Source: Octopus sinensis
Taxonomy: Eukaryota
NCBI RefSeq assembly: GCF_006345805.1
Contig: NC_042999.1
Coordinates: 157,728,001 to 157,792,000 of the forward strand
Direction: 5' to 3'
Length of the DNA: 64,000 nucleotides
The notes under the pieces are model-generated. The model saw nothing but the letters and a program-made list of their open reading frames with translations. It did no database searches and was not told the DNA's origin. A program made the position numbers and the translations under genes. Positions 24,133 to 36,831 of this stretch are shown piece by piece; the first letter of the stretch is position 1; the number at the start of each line of letters is the position of its first letter.

Positions 24133-24541
24133 GGATCTTTTCGGTTTGAACGGCAGTTTTTTCTAGCGATGTCATATGAAATTATCACCCATAATTATGA
24201 CCCTAGTATCGACATATTGCATTTCAATCTATTTTAGGGTTAGGGGTGGGGGAAGGGTATCTTTTTTTCTTCACAAATGTAAATAAACCCAATCTGTTTC
24301 TTAAACGAGGGACATATTCATATGGCACAGAATGATTTTTACCTCAATGGACGTCAGTGATTGGTTGAAATTGCAGAAATTGAAGAAAAACAACAACAAA
24401 TATCTTACAAACTATAGAATTTTCTCAATAAAGCCAAGAGAAAAAGGTGTTTTATAAACACATTCTACCAGCATACGAAGTTAAAATTTTTTAGTTACCT
24501 AGAAATTATGTTAAAAACTGCTGTTCAAACCGAAAAGATCT
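24133..24541. mobile_element. MITE family E, copy 3
   Basis: TIRs; flanks aaacacgt / aaacgcgc. Confidence 0.9.
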
Positions 24542-24569
24542 AAACGCGCAACCAATGGTTAGAAACTTT

Positions 24570-25025
24570 ATGGCTAGATGGCAGAATCGTTAGCACGCTG
24601 GACAAAACATTTAATGGCCTTTCGTTGGCCTTGATGTTCTGAGTTCAAATTCTACCGAGGTCGATTTTGCTTCTTCATCCTTTCGGGGTCGATAAATTAA
24701 GTACCAGGGAAACACTGGGGTCGATGTAATCGACTAGACCCCTCCCACCAAATTTCAGACCTTGTGCCTATAATAGAAAGAATTATTAAGGCTATGAGCT
24801 GGCAGAATCGTTAGCACGCCGGGAAAAATGCTTAGCAGCATTTCGTACGTCTTTATGTTCTGAGTTCAAATTCCGCCGAGGTCGCCTTTGCCTTTTGGGG
24901 TTGATAAATTAAGTACCAGTCAAGTATTAGGGTCGATGTGATCAACTTACCTCCTCCCCACAAATTTCAGACCTTGTGCCTATAGTAGAAAGGATTATTA
25001 AAGTTGGCAGAATCGTTAGCGCGGC
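24570..25025 (+). mobile_element. Head-to-tail SINE C' copies (two full, third head only)
   Basis: Each tail gaaag(a/g)attatt is directly followed by the next head. Confidence 0.8.
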
Positions 25026-25221
25026 AGACAAAAAGCGGGCACACAATTACCGCTACTTCTACCGCTTAGACTACCAGATCACATGATTTCGGCCGGATTT
25101 GGCCTTTTCAATGATAGACACTAAACGGCCGGAAATAGCAGTAGCTACCGTGCTAGCAATATACATAGAAATACGGAGCCAAAACAGGTGCTGATGTCAC
25201 TAAAGGCCAGTGTGCTTATTA

Positions 25222-25642
25222 AAAAAAAGTAGATTGACAGAAACATTATAATACCCAAAGGTGAAATATGCACCACTTAAACGTGTATGTTGCGGTTGAC
25301 TACACAAATACTGAAATATTCAACAAGAGAGAAAACGCTTATATGATTATTTGGTGCATAACAGCACATCATAGCTACTGCCAGCGGCAGACAATCACCG
25401 CTCGGACTACCAGATAAGGCCGAAATTACACGATCTGGTAGTCTTAGTGGTGGAAGTAGCGTTGAGTGTCTGCCGCTGGTGATAGCTATGATATGCTTTT
25501 ATGCTCCATACCCCCATAGAAAAGTTTTCTCTCTTGTTGAATATTGCAGTATTTATGTATTCTAACGCAACATTCACTTTTAAGCGGTGAATATTTTACT
25601 TTTTGGTATTAAAACTGCTTCTGTTACTCTATTTAGTTTTCA
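25222..25642. repeat. ~420-bp imperfect palindrome (foldback)
   Basis: caaatactgaaatattcaacaagagagaaaac pairs with gttttctctcttgttgaatattgcagtattt. Innermost stem gactaccagat/atctggtagtc around a 17-nt loop (25416-25432). Confidence 0.85.
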
Positions 25643-26180
25643 CTTCATTTGCATATAAGTCATAGGCCAAAGAATCGATTCGTTTCGAGACGAACTAAGT
25701 GCGTGGTATTAATAAGCCACAATAATCGTGAAATATCGGTATCTACCACTCATAGATACATTCCGCCTGGCCTGTTTTTTTAACACTCAGCGCTGCGCAG
25801 GGAGCTGTTGCAAACACTATACCGCAGCAAATGCAGTTTACAAACATGACGCGCACACTGTGTATGTGCGATCACATTTGGATTCATTTCTGTTGTGTAT
25901 TTCCGTGCTTGGTTCTGTGTTGTGAATCACTTAATTCTAAATAGAAGGGAAGTTGCAACATCATAATGAAATTCTCATGAATCAACCATTTTTGACATTT
26001 ACGACGCTCAAACCCTCGCTCCAAACAAACTTCCGAATACATCTAACTACATATCCTTACTGCATTACACAATTTCGTAATCTACAAGGGGTGACAAATC
26101 TTCATATCAATCAGTACGATATGTCTTCTATTAAAGAAACGACGCTGCTATTCGAATTAGAATGTATATAGTTAGTTAAA

Positions 26181-26400
26181 CCCTTTAGCATTCAGATAAT
26201 TCTGCTTAATATAATCCTTCTTTATTCACATTGTTTTGAATTAACCATGCATTATCTCATAGCTTTTAGATTTCAATGATGCGATTGTTGAATTTTCTAA
26301 TGATACTGTAGGGTAGGTGTGAGAGGCCTGATCTGGTCAGTTTGAGCACAAGACATGTAGAAAATTTGGGCCCGATATGGTCGGTTTGAATGCTAAAGGG
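26181..26400. mobile_element. piggyBac-type MITE, copy 2
   Basis: ccctttagcatt ... aatgctaaaggg; interior homologous to 11133-11353. Confidence 0.7.
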
Positions 26401-26796
26401 TAAGAATTAATGGTGACTCACGTTGCCCGTTTGCTTTTGGAGGCATTGTGTTGATTTCGTTTTAATACGTGTGTGCATGTATGCTGAGTCGGCCCACTAA
26501 AAGCTTCTCTTTTGAAAGCTATATCCAAAAGAATTGTAGAAGCTAACAAAGTACAATGGTCTTGTTACTAGTGGGAGCAAAAAGTTGGGCGCGGCCTGAA
26601 CATGGGCTACAGAGATCGCTCTCTGAGGGTCTCGAATTTGTTCTAAAATTTTTTTTCAACTGAAAACATTTGTAATCAATTGAACAATTGATGGCGTATT
26701 GATAGATTTTTGTCACGTATTGATAGATTTTTGTTTAAGTGTTGCTTACATATGCATTGCTAGTGAGGGAAACAGGCTGGAGATAATGCAGAGGTA

Positions 26797-27025
26797 AGAA
26801 GGCGGCTAGCTGGCAGAAACGTTAGCACGCCGGGCGAAATGCGTAGCCGTATTTCGTCTGCCGCTACGTTCTGAGTTCAAATTCCGCCGAGGTCGACTTT
26901 GCCTTTCATCCTTTCGGGGTCGATTAAATAAAGTACCAGTTACGCACTGGGGTCGATATAATCGACTTAATCCGTTTGTCTGTCCTTTGTTTGTCCCCCT
27001 CTGTGTTTAGCCCCTTATGGGTAAT
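26797..27025 (+). mobile_element. SINE C monomer
   Basis: Full head, body and tail; flanks gataatgcagag / gatatgcagag. Confidence 0.9.
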
Positions 27026-27224
27026 ACAGAAACAGATATGCAGAGATATGATGTAAGATAGATGTGAGCCACGTGAAAAGTCAAAAGTGCGTCATTACAA
27101 ACTGAAGTTGCTGATCTCTGCTTTACAAATCGTTCGATCTAGTTCGAAGCAGTAACCTAACTTATCTCAACGCACACTCTTCCCCCAACCCTTGATGAAA
27201 GTACGACACATGCCAGACACGTTA

Positions 27225-27640
27225 GCGCGCCGGGCGGAATGCTTCGCGGTATTTCATCTGCCGTTACGTTCTAAGTTCAAATTCCGCCGAAGTCGACTTT
27301 GCCTTTCATCCTTTCGGGGTCGATAAATAAAAGTACCTATTTCTTTATTACCCACAAGGGGCTAAACACAGAGGGGATAAAACAAGGACAGACATAGGTA
27401 TTAAGTCGATTACATCGACCTCAGTGCGTAACTGGTACTTAATTTATCGACCCCGAAAGGATGAAAGGCAAAGTCGACCTCGGCGGAATTTGAACTCACA
27501 ACGTAACGCTGACGAAATACCGCTAAGCATTTCGCCCGGCATGCTAACTTTTCTGCCAGTTTCGCACTGGGGTCGATGTAATCGACTTAATCCCTTTGTT
27601 TGTCCTCTCTATGTTTAGCCCCTTGTGGGCAATAAAGAAA
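27225..27640. mobile_element. SINE C (+) interrupted by SINE C (-) at ~27338-27558
   Basis: The host sequence aagtacc|agtt.cgcactgggg is split by an inverted copy. Confidence 0.85.
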
Positions 27641-27869
27641 TATACATTTGAAGAATTAAAATGTTGGCATGGTCTCGGCAATGAGGATTTCGTTCATGTC
27701 TCATTGTAGTTGATCAAGATTGACCTGAGGCTAATATAAAACAAACCCACCCCAACTCATGTAGCGTTTATAGCTAAGCAGACTGTCGTACCGAAAACTA
27801 GTCTGTGGGCCTTACAGCTAGCTACCTTCACTCTCTGTCTTCTTTTCTATAACGGCCCCTGTTCATTGG

Positions 27870-28140
27870 AGCTTGCTAATCTCATGCAATCTCAACACAG
27901 ACATTCTCGACCCGCTCGTCTCACCTTCCCTTATCACCCATGTTGTATCCAATCCCGCCTTGCCTCGCACTAATCACTATGCTCAGCTCCTTCTCTCCAG
28001 AACGCTGGTTTTCTGGAATTCCCTACTGGCTCATGTTTTCCTGCAAGCGTCGTCTTTCAACACTTTCAGCAGAATATAAACAGTAGCATTCTTATCGGAG
28101 GGCCTGCGAAGTTCATGAGCATTGCCTCGTCACCCAGATA
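27870..28140 (+). mobile_element. CR1/L2-group LINE 3' remnant
   Basis: RTNHYAQ..SRTLVFWNSL resembles the R.N.F..R....WNSLP C-terminal motif. Confidence 0.5.
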
Positions 28141-29782
28141 CCTCCCCTCTTCGCCAACCCTCACCAAACAAAACAAGACAAAACTGCAACGACAACGACT
28201 CATACTTTTATTGGTCTTGAGATGTTTAACTCAAAACCTGAAGCTACAGTACTAAATGCAGTTATTGACTCATCATTTGCATTCACAATTTATTCGTTAC
28301 TTAGAAGTTTGGCATATGAAGGGCGGTGGTTAGTAAAGTAGGTTGAGAGACGGTCAAAAGGTCTGATGGTATTTAGTTACAACTGTTGGTGGTTTGCGTT
28401 TCAATCCTGCCAAGTGTCGACTTTACACTTTATCCGTCCAGAATCAACAAAACAATTATTGGGGGCGTTTAATAGCATACTCAATTGTTTATAATCTGTA
28501 GCTCTTTGACAATGTTAGATACTGTCAGTGTAGCTATATGTACTGTTGAAGCTGAAGAGAACTTCCACATACTTGTTGAATAGTTGTAAATAACCGCCTA
28601 ATCTATTTCGAATGATACTCTACCGACTTTAAAAAGAGCGAGGTACATTGGATAAAGCAGTTACGGCCGAAAAAACAAGACGGAATGGTCACGGTTGGAA
28701 TGTCTGATAAAATGTTAGCTCTATCGCAGGAGACCTTATTCTAAACAACAACAATAGCAGAAAAGCGAGAATTAATTAGCAAAGCCCACCAGTCTACAAA
28801 ATACAAGATATCACTTTATAGCAGCTTTGTACAATTAATTGATCAATTTTCTAATATTTAATGATAATTTAGAATTATTTTTCTAAATTATATTTAGAAA
28901 CACTTTAACTCGTAAATACTTCAGTTCAAAGTTTTACAAGTTTTAATATTCCATTGCTTTAATGTTTTAACTCCAACACATCGTTACTTAAGTTTTCCTG
29001 TATAACATAATTTTCAAATAAATAAATTTCTCTTGAATTAAAATATAAATAAATGAAAATAAACTTGAATCAAAATAAATGTTTCAAAATAGTTTTATTT
29101 TAATTCAAGTTTATTTTGGTTCAAATTTATTTTAATCTTACGTAAAACTCAGTTAATAATTTATAAATACTACAATATTCAATGTTAACATTTCCACTAA
29201 TTAAGATATTTCACGGCGTCGATCTTCAAAAGTTTGGGGAAATTTGTCTGCAAAATATCTCGTTCATCTAATTAAATTTCTCTTCATTTAATCTTATATA
29301 GAATAACAGAATTGTTTTTTGTACAAAAAACTTTTCAAATAACTTTAAAAAACACTTTATCAGGACAAATTGTATGTTCAAATCAGTTATAAATTGCATT
29401 TAAATTGCATTTCCTTACAAGATTTCTTTCCTAAATGGGCAATGATTTGTTGTGATATTTAAGCATCTCTCAGCTGTCTAAGTCATATAAACGTTCGCTA
29501 GTGTGCAGCTGGGTCAATATTTTAGGGTGAGTTTCAAATGTTTGAACCAGTTAGCCGCCTGCTGTAAAACTATTTTGTTTCTATTTATATGTGCAAGATT
29601 AGCTGTGTGGTTAAGAAGCTCGCTTCTCAAACTACGTGGTTTCAAATCCAATCTCACTGCAGAGCACCACTGTTTTTACTCAATAACTTGAGTAGAATTT
29701 GATAGACGAAAAATCTGCTCAAGTCAATCGTGTGTATATGTGAGTATGTGTGAGTGCATGTATGGTAGGCACATAGCTTTCT

Positions 29783-30380
29783 TATTTCTTTATTTCTTTA
29801 CTGCCTACAAGGGGATAAACACAGAGGGGACAAACAAGGACAGACAAACAGATTAAGTCGATTATATCGGCCCCAGTGCGTAACTGGTACTTATTTAATC
29901 GACCCCGAAAGGATGAAAGGCAAAGTCGACATCGGCGGAATTTGAACTCAGAACGTAGCAGCAGACGAAATACCTATTTCTTTACTACCCACAAGGGGCT
30001 AAACACAGAGAGGACAAAAAAAGGACAGACAAACGGATTAAGTCGATTATATCGACGCCAGTGCGTAACTGGTACGTATTTAATCGACCCCGAAAGGATG
30101 AAAGGCAAAGTTGACATCGGCGGAATTTGAACTCAGAACGTAACGGCAGACGAAATATCTATTTCTTTACTACCCACAAGGGGCTAAACACAGAGAGGAC
30201 AAACGGATTAAATCGATTATATCGACGCCAGTGCGTAACTGGTACGTATTTAATCGATCCCGAAAGGCTGAAAGGCAAAGTCGACCTCGGCGAAATTTGA
30301 ACTCAGTACGTAGCAGCAGACAAACTACTGCTAAGCATTTCGCCCGGCGTGCTAACGTTTCTGGCAGCTCGCCGCCCTTA
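29783..30380 (-). mobile_element. SINE C trimer with a single head and 13-bp TSD
   Basis: Junctions at 29974/29975 and 30159/30160; cacatagctttct at 29770-29782 and 30381-30393. Confidence 0.9.
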
Positions 30381-31195
30381 CACATAGCTTTCTAGTTAGG
30401 GTACTATACTGACGTTCATACGATCGAGTGTTCGATTTCTGCATCTGTCGCACGTTGTGTCTATGAACAAGGCACTTAATTTCACGTTGCTCCAATCTAT
30501 TTAGCAAAACTGAGTATCAACCGAATGCTGGAATTTCCTCCCACTGTTACAACCTGAACGTTCCTTGGGGTAAGGGTGAGGCAATCAGGAGGGTGTCTAT
30601 CTTTGTTTGCGACTACATAGGCACCTAAAGCAATTAGCAAAAGTATGGTACATGCTATTAAGTCGTATTCACTTTTGAATATGGCTTGGTGTAGTATTTA
30701 TTAGTAGTTTGCGTGTATTTAAGTTTGCACGAGTCTAAAAGCTGACATAATTTATGGTTTTTGTCGTTATATTCCATAACTTAATGGTTCCACAAATAAG
30801 TTTCGATAAAATAAATTCCTGATTGAAATGTCAATATTCTCGATTAATCTCTTGAAAGTGGTGCTGAAGTAAGACGGTAGACCAATGACTAAAAACAGCA
30901 AAAGAATAAAAGAATAGCGAATGGTGAATTGATAACGAGTTTCAGAAGCTACTGAAACGCAGATCAAGAAAGTCTTTATGTAGTCATTGGGTCTACTGAC
31001 GATTTCAGACATACCGCTTTCAAATCACACCGCATTGCAATGTGCAGTCTTAGATTATGTCTAAATAAAGACAGTATGGTCAAAGTTGGAATCCTATGGA
31101 TCACAGGTGTGTTCAGCCAGGACTGAGCTGGCGCTAAACAAGAACAACAAGAACAAGAACCAGGAGATCGACAATAGCGACAACCACAGCAGCAA

Positions 31196-31385
31196 GTGGA
31201 GGTGCAATGGGCCAGTGGTTAGGGCAGCGGACTCGCGGTCGTAAGAACGCGGTTTCGATTCCCAAACCGGGCTTTGTGAGTTTTTATTGAGCAAAAACAC
31301 CTAAGCTCCACGAGGCTCCGACGGTGGGGTGGGTGAACCCCACTGTACTCTTTCACCACAACTTTCTCTCACTCCTTCTTCCTAC
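31196..31385 (+). mobile_element. SINE D, 5' half, diverged
   Basis: Homologous to 11936-12125. Confidence 0.8.
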
Positions 31386-31829
31386 TTCTACCACGAAGCA
31401 GAGGAACCATGGTGTAACCCACTATGGTGTGGAAAACCTCCAGACCCTAGTCTAGATTGCGAATCCTCTGTACCCCAGGATTGCTTAGCTCTCCACCCGT
31501 TAAAAGCCACCGTTTACGGAATGAGGATAACAACGTAGCTTTCGCGCCCGTGCAACCGCCAGTCTATCGCGTGTGGTAGGTGGATCTTCAAGTTGCCACA
31601 CGCATTCTTTGTAGCTTAGAGTAGGCTCGAATTAGAGATTATTCTTTGTGGTTAATGGCGTGAGTCCTGATGGAAGAAGAAGAAGACCACAGCAGCAAAG
31701 TTGAGAATTAAGAGTGTCCTGTCAGATCACAACTTAGTAGTTAACAAGATAGTTTTTCTACTTCTCAGTCAATCTGTAGTAAATGCCAATCTAACTCAGT
31801 CACCTCAACTGTCACCATAGTTAAATATT

Positions 31830-32347
31830 GATTTCAAGTTTTGGCCCAAGGCCATCAATTTCGGGGGAAGGATAAGCCGATTAGATCGATCCCAGTGCTC
31901 GACTGGTACTTATTTTATCGACTACGTAACGATGAAAGGTAAAGTCTACCTTGGAAATTGAATTGACAACGTAAAGACGGGCGAAATGTCGGTAAGCATT
32001 TTGCCCTGTGTGCTAACGAGTTTATCAGCTCACCGCCTTAAAGCATGGTTAAATATTAAAACCTAAACCAGCAACAAAACTACACATACATTTTCTGATG
32101 TTAGTGGTTTCTTTTCATTTAAAAATATCTATTTCTTTACTACCCACAAGGGGCTAGACACAGAGAGGACAAACAAGGACAGACAAACGGATTAAGTCGA
32201 TAACATCGACCCCAGTGCGTGACTGGTACTTATTTAATCGACCCCGAAAGGATGAAAGGCAAAGTCGACCTCGGCGGAATTTGAACTCAGAACGTAACGG
32301 CAGACGAAATACGGCTACGCATTTCGCCCGGCGTGCTAACGTTTCTG
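31830..32347 (-). mobile_element. SINE C' (31830-32041) and 5'-truncated SINE C (32128-32347)
   Basis: Family motifs on the minus strand. Confidence 0.8.
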
Positions 32348-32794
32348 ATATGAATAGCATATTTAATTGCAGAGACACTATACTCACAATTTTTTTCCTT
32401 TTTTCTTCCTTTTGTATTCCTCATTCATACACACACAAGCACATATAATGCCTATATACATGTATATGTGTGTGTACATATATATAAAATGCATCAAAAA
32501 AGTTAGGGGTTGTGGGTTCAACCCACTAAGGGATAATATTTATCCAATATACTGTTGGTATAATACCCAATTATTAATGCACAAGTGTTTTTAATTGCAT
32601 TGCTTGTATTTTAATTGCACTGTTTGTATTCTTATTTTATATGCATAGAAATATATAATATATGTATGTATGTTATTATGGTTGTCGTTTTGATAAATAA
32701 GTCAACATTTTAATGTCCTAAAGTTGATGAACGAACTGTGCTTCTCCATTTTCTTATTTGCTATATATAAAATGCATATACCTATCTAAGTATC

Positions 32795-32876
32795 ATTCTC
32801 TCTCTCTCTCCCTCTCTTTTCTCTCTCTCTCTCCCTCTCTTTTCTCTCTCTCTCTCTCTATATATATATATAAAAT

Positions 32877-32951
<75 letters not shown>

Positions 32952-32984
32952 ACACACACACACATATATATATTTATATAAAAT

Positions 32985-33032
<48 letters not shown>

Positions 33033-33075
33033 ATATACGTGTGCGCGCGTCTGTGTGCATATGTATGTATATGTG
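32795..33075. repeat. (CT)n/(TA)n/(CA)n compound microsatellite
   Basis: Direct reading. Confidence 0.9.
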
Positions 33076-34019
33076 TGTATGTATTCGAAGATGTTAATGA
33101 TGTAATGAAGGGTTAAAAATCGCTTTTCCATGACAAAATATGGTGCCTCATTCGTAGTTGTTATTAAACCAGAGAAAACTTATTTTCAATTAGCTGTAGT
33201 GGAAAAAGGTTATTTGCCAATAAAATTGCCAGACATCATTTGTTTTCATCTTATGTGATCAATCTAGTTGACAACATTTTATACAAGATTAATTACTCCT
33301 TTTAAACATGAAGCTTATCTTTTTCTATTCCTCTAAATTTGCGTTTGTGTGTGTGTGTGTGTGTGTGGTGTGTGTGTGTGTGTGTGTGTATGTGTGTGCG
33401 TGTGTGTGTGTTTGGTTATAGTGAAAATAGATTTAGAGGTGTAGAAAAAGAGTTGATCAGAAATGGCAAAATTTTTGCTGTTCTAATATATCATTACTGT
33501 CATGTTGAATTAATACTGTATGAAAAAAGGGCCTTTATCTTATGAAGTTGGACTTCAGCAAACAAATTCACAGAGCAAATAGATGTAAGTTCAGGAGATG
33601 AGATTCGGTAACGTTGGTGAATTTTTTTATGATCATAGATGTGTAGGAAAAGGGAAACAGTTTCTACCAGCAATAAAAAAAGAAAAAGAAAAAAAATAGA
33701 ATGCTGGAGGCTGTCTTTGTACTTAACGATTTTCGGTACATTCATTTCATGGATATATTTTTAAAACTTTTATTTTATTTGGGACTTCGAGAGTAAAGGG
33801 CCTCTATGCGTAAATGATGGAAATGAGATTGAACGAAGTAAACATCGCGTTTCCAAATACATTAGACACGTAAATAAAATAGCTTGAGGTCAGATCCTAG
33901 ACTCAGGCTTCTGGAACATTACCCACTCTACTACAACGTTTCTTTCACATATTGGTTTCTCTGTCGCTAGATACAAATTTCTTATATTCCATATACAAGT
34001 GAATATTTATTGTACATAG

Positions 34020-34192
34020 GCGCAGGAGTGGCTGTGTGGTAAGTAGCTTGCTAACCAACCACATGGCTCCGGGTTCAGTCCCACTGCGTGGCATCTTGGG
34101 CAAGTATCTTCTGCTATAGCCCCGGGCCGACCAAAGGCTTGTGAGTGGATTTGGTAGACGGAAACTGAAAGAAGCCTGTCGTATATATGTAT

Positions 34193-34245
<53 letters not shown>

Positions 34246-34446
34246 TTGTGTGTCTGTGTTTGTCCCCCGAGCATGGCTTGACAACCGATGCTGGTATGTT
34301 TACGTCCCCGTAACTTAGCGGTTCGGCAAAAGAGACCGATAGAATAAGTACTGGGCTTACAAAGAATAAGTCCCGGGGTCGATTTGCTCGACTAAAGGCG
34401 GTGCTCCAGCATGGCCGCAGTCAAATGACTGAAACAAGTAAAAGAG
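34020..34446 (+). mobile_element. SINE family A
   Basis: Complete head, microsatellite and tail. Confidence 0.9.
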
Positions 34447-34621
34447 TATATATTTACATACAATTATTATACATATGTTCAGAGCAACAGATATAAATAT
34501 AACAGCATTTAATTTTCTCTCTTTACATGTTCAGAGTTCAAATTCCACTAAGAATAATTTTTTGTTCTTCGTCCTTCCTGGAGCAACGTGAATTTATTGT
34601 GGTAAGCTAGTTTCTTTTACT

Positions 34622-35390
34622 TTTACTTATTTCAGTCATTAGACTACGGCCATGCTGGGGCATCACCTTGAATAATTTTTAGTAGAATGGACCAACCACG
34701 GTGCTTTTTTTAAAACCTGGTACTTATTCTATTGATTTCTTTCACCGAACCACTAAGGAACGGGGACGTAAACACGTCGGTTGTAAAGCGGTGGTGAGGA
34801 ACGCACACACACAAATATTTATATACGACGGGCTTCTTACAATCTCCATCTACCAAATCCACTCACAATGCTTTGGTCGACCAGAGGCTCTAATAGAAGA
34901 CACCTGCCCATTGTGCCACGGAGTGGGACTGAACCCGGAGTCCTATGGTTGGGAAGTAAGCTTCTTACCGTGGAGGCACAATGGCCCAGTGGTTAGGGCA
35001 GCGGACTCGCGGTCGTAGGATCGCGGTTTCGATTCCCAGACCAGGCCTTGTGAGTGTTTATTGAGCGAAAACACCTAAAAGCTCCACGAGGCTCCGGAAG
35101 GGGATGGTGGTGATCCCTGCTGTACTCTTTCACCACAACTTTCTGTCACTCTTACTTCCTGTTTCTGTTGTACCTGTATTTCAAGGGGCCGGCCTTGTCA
35201 CTCTCTGTGTCACGCTGAATATCCCCGAGAACTACGGTAAGGGTACACGTGTCTGTGGAGTGCTCAGCCACTTACACGTTAATTTCACGAGCAGGCTGTT
35301 CCGTTGATTCGGATCAACCGGAACCCTCGTCGTCGTAACCGACGGAGTGAAGAAAGAAAAAAAAGCTTCTTACCACACAACCACATTGAT
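34622..35390. mobile_element. Old SINE A (-) with SINE D (+, 34970-35362) nested in it, 12-bp TSD
   Basis: aagcttcttacc at 34958-34969 and 35363-35374. Confidence 0.85.
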
Positions 35391-35624
35391 TTTTTTTATC
35401 ATTTAAAGCCTCCTCGAAAGATATGTTGCCATATGGCGATGTGGGAAAACATATTCGCGCGTCACATAACTAAAATTTACAATGTGTTCTGCTTTAAACT
35501 TAACTAGCGTCATCAGAGGTTCTTGGTTATGTCTGGGATGTGTCCGGCTACTGTATCAAAGTAGCAGGAGACAAAAAAATGTAATCTGAGGGTTAATTAG
35601 CTACTATATATGACTTGTATATTG

Positions 35625-35858
35625 AAGGCGGTGAGCTGGCAGAAACGTTAGCACGCCGGGCGAAATGCTTGGCGGTATTTCGTCTGCCGGTACGCTCTGA
35701 GTTCAAATTCCGCCGAGGTCGACTTTGCCTTTCATCCTTTCGGGGTCGATAAATAAAGTACCAGTTACGCACTGGGGTCGATGTAATCGACTTAATCCCT
35801 TTGCCTGTCCTTGTTTGTCCCCTCTATGTTTAGCCCCTTGTGGGCAGTAAAGAAATAT
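35625..35858 (+). mobile_element. SINE C monomer
   Basis: Full length; tatatatgacttgt repeated on both flanks. Confidence 0.9.
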
Positions 35859-36054
35859 ATATATGACTTGTCTATCCTGTTGGGTGCTGCATAAACACAA
35901 ACAAGAGAGTAAAATGTGCTTTGAGGAAATCTGGCCGTTATTTCTGTCATTTTGTGATACTGTTTGGAGGCTTCCATATTGGTTCATCCTCTCACTCTCT
36001 CCTTCCCAAACACGCACACACACACACACAACATAAAAGAGAGTGGTTTCAGAG

Positions 36055-36410
36055 TGATTCTCTTCTCTTCTGCCTTTAACCCTCCAACGCGGAGTATAGG
36101 CCACTTATAATTGAATTCCATGTCGCATAATTTTTCGCTTCTGTACTAATACTCTGCCATGAATGTCCCCCTTTCTCTAGTTCCTTTTGTGTTGATCTAC
36201 GCCACGAGTTCTTAGGTCTACCTCTCTTTCTATATCCAACCGGTTTCCACTTTAAAGCACTTTTCGCTACATTTGGTGTGTCTTTTCTAATTGTGCTACC
36301 AATCCACTTCCACTTTTTCTTAAATATTAGCTCCCTAATCGAAACTTGATTTGTTCTTTGCCATAGCTCCATATTGCTTATGTGTTCGGCCATCTAATGT
36401 TAAGTATACT
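36055..36410 (-). mobile_element. RTE-clade LINE 3' end
   Basis: KKKWKWIGSTIRK..ALKWKPVGYRKRGRPKNSWRR, a classic RTE C-terminus, followed by a short gaaga tail. Confidence 0.85.
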
Positions 36411-36419
36411 ACGCAAGCA

Positions 36420-36831
36420 TCTCTCTCTTTCTCTCTCTTTTACTTGTTTCAGTCATTTGACTGCGGCCATGCTGGGGCACCGCCTTTAATCGAGCAACTC
36501 GACCCCGGGACTTATTCTTTTTGTAAGCCCAGTACTTATTCTACCGGTCTCTTTTGCCGAACCGCTAAGTAACGGGGACATAAACACACCAGCATCGATT
36601 GTCAAGCAATGCTAGGGGGACAAACAAAGACACACAAACACACATACATATATATATATACATATATACGACAGGCTTTTTCAGTTTCCGTCTACCAAAT
36701 CCACTCACAAGGCATTGGTCGGCCTGGGGCTATAGCAGAAGACACTTGCCCAAGATGCCACGCAGTGGGGACTGAACCCGGAACCATGTGGTTAGTAAAC
36801 AAGCTACTTACCACACAGCCACTCCTGCGCC
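36420..36831 (-). mobile_element. SINE family A
   Basis: Complete copy. Confidence 0.9.
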
